64,000 bases of DNA from Magallana gigas (lineage: Eukaryota): the NCBI RefSeq assembly GCF_963853765.1, contig NC_088855.1, positions 53,878,001-53,942,000 of the forward strand. Reading direction: 5' to 3'. The notes beneath the pieces were generated by a model. That model had not been told where the DNA came from and did no database searches. It saw nothing but the letters and a program-made list of their open reading frames with translations. Position 1 is the first letter of the stretch. Every line of letters starts with the position of its first letter. Of this stretch, positions 62,596-64,000 are shown one piece after another. The position numbers and the translations under genes are program-made.

Positions 62596-63055
62596 CTCTG
62601 TCACGAGTTTTTGCTTCCACCACTTTTCGCTAGATATTTCGATAATAATAAATACCTTTGTGCTTAAACTACGTTCATCCACTGATATGAAAAATGTCCA
62701 GATTATCTGTTTTGAAACGCCCCCTCTACTGCTTCAATTTTCAATACACATCCCAAAATAGAAAGTCTATGGGGATTTTGCATTGCATCAGCCATAATTA
62801 AGCACGAATGGTAACGTTGAAAAAGTGTGCAAGGTGTCCCGAAAGGAAAAAGATGTAAACATTACCCATTATAAATTTCCATAAGAAATTTGTTTTTGTT
62901 TCTGTAAACTTTTATGAGTGAAAAGGGATAATTTGTCAATGAAGATATCTTGGATATTTTCCATTTCTTTGATTTCAACTGTACTTCTTTCACAGGTATG
63001 TGTATTTTTATTAAAAATCTTTAAAAAGTGATGGAAGCAAAAGCTTGGGACAGAC
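62596..63055. mobile_element. MITE with ~30-bp imperfect TIRs, upstream of the arrestin coding exons
   Basis: CTCTGTCACGAGTTTTTGCTTCCACCACTTTT pairs with AAAAGTGATGGAAGCAAAAGCTTGGGACAGAC; TATA on both flanks. Confidence 0.7.
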
Positions 63056-64000
63056 TATAGAAAGTCATTTAACTTAAATTCCAATAAAGTGTGCTATAGC
63101 AGATTAATATGCTTCCAGCTGCTTTATTTATAAAAATAAAACAAGCTCTCCAAAAAGTGTATAATATTCATAAACATTTGTATCTTTAAATAAAAGTACT
63201 CCAGTCTGAACTCAACTGGAGTACAAAACAAAATAAAAAACCAGTTTAAATATAATTTATTTATGCGTGCCATTGCCCAACAACAAAGCAAATTATTGTA
63301 ATTGAAATCTTATAAAGGAGGAGGATAGGTCAGTTACGCTAAAAAAAAAGTAACAAAATTTCACTTATCATACATTGCCAATGAGAATGTCAATAGTGTC
63401 CAACGCAAATTCATGACATGTCTATGTTACATACTGGCACTGTACCAGTTATCGACTAAAATTTAACGTTTTCTTTTCGTATTTCCTTATTTCTTGATAT
63501 TTTTGGATAACACTTGACATACTTCAAATGGTGAACTCCTTGTTTATCCATCTGTTAGATTATATTATTATTTAGAACCAAAAAACATCTTGTTTTGTGA
63601 CTTTTAGCATGCCCCGAATTTGCCGAGTTTTCACGATTTACTGTACCAGTTATCTGCTTTGTGATAATAACATAGTAAAATTCCTGCACATGTTGATTTT
63701 ATACTCTGCAAAATGTAATTTGAATAATGCCCCTTGTGGGGTCAGACTAAAGTTTGTAAGGATAAACAAACCTCAAACAATTATTTATTTGTTATCATAC
63801 GGTATTATACAAAATCGTAGACTATTCAAATACATATTTGTGCAATCAGGCGTTCAACTGCTCTATTAATCTCTCGTAATTTAGTGAACTCCCTTTGTTT
63901 ATGGATGTTATATGTATTGTCAAAATAAAAGAAGGGATATAATAACATATCACAAAGAGGTAATATTCTATTTCAAACTTCTTACGTCACATCCCCCACT

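Overview
AT-rich, intron-containing animal DNA, most likely Pacific oyster (Crassostrea/Magallana gigas) or a close bivalve; the assignment rests on a Helentron-type non-autonomous element carrying a ~166-bp Cg170-like satellite array. There are three N gaps (~17508-17640, ~18516-18648, ~46476-46622). I built spliced GT-AG gene models by hand for five genes. (1) A secreted protein on the minus strand (6031-7666): signal peptide + Kazal-like domain + atypical, Cys-poor trypsin-fold serine protease, with a 1-nt frameshift. (2) A 682-aa ARM-TIR-SAM protein (+, 21183-28432) with a myristoylation-like N-terminus and the TIR catalytic-position Glu. (3) A ~3,400-aa secreted mosaic protein (-, 30303-48009) with a SUEL lectin, Cys-rich/EGF-like and many FN3-like repeats, carrying two apparent lesions. 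(4) A 295-aa CUB-LDLa-TM protein (+, 54112-55916). (5) A 418-aa alpha-arrestin (-, 58845-62241). The first ~3.3 kb is a decayed duplicate of the protease + TIR block: a TE-disrupted protease pseudogene followed by the last two exons of a TIR-SAM paralog. The rest is non-autonomous DNA transposons (TTAA- and TA-flanked MITEs), SINE fragments and microsatellites. The most novel-looking items are the Kazal-protease fusion and its co-duplication with the divergently transcribed ARM-TIR-SAM gene.
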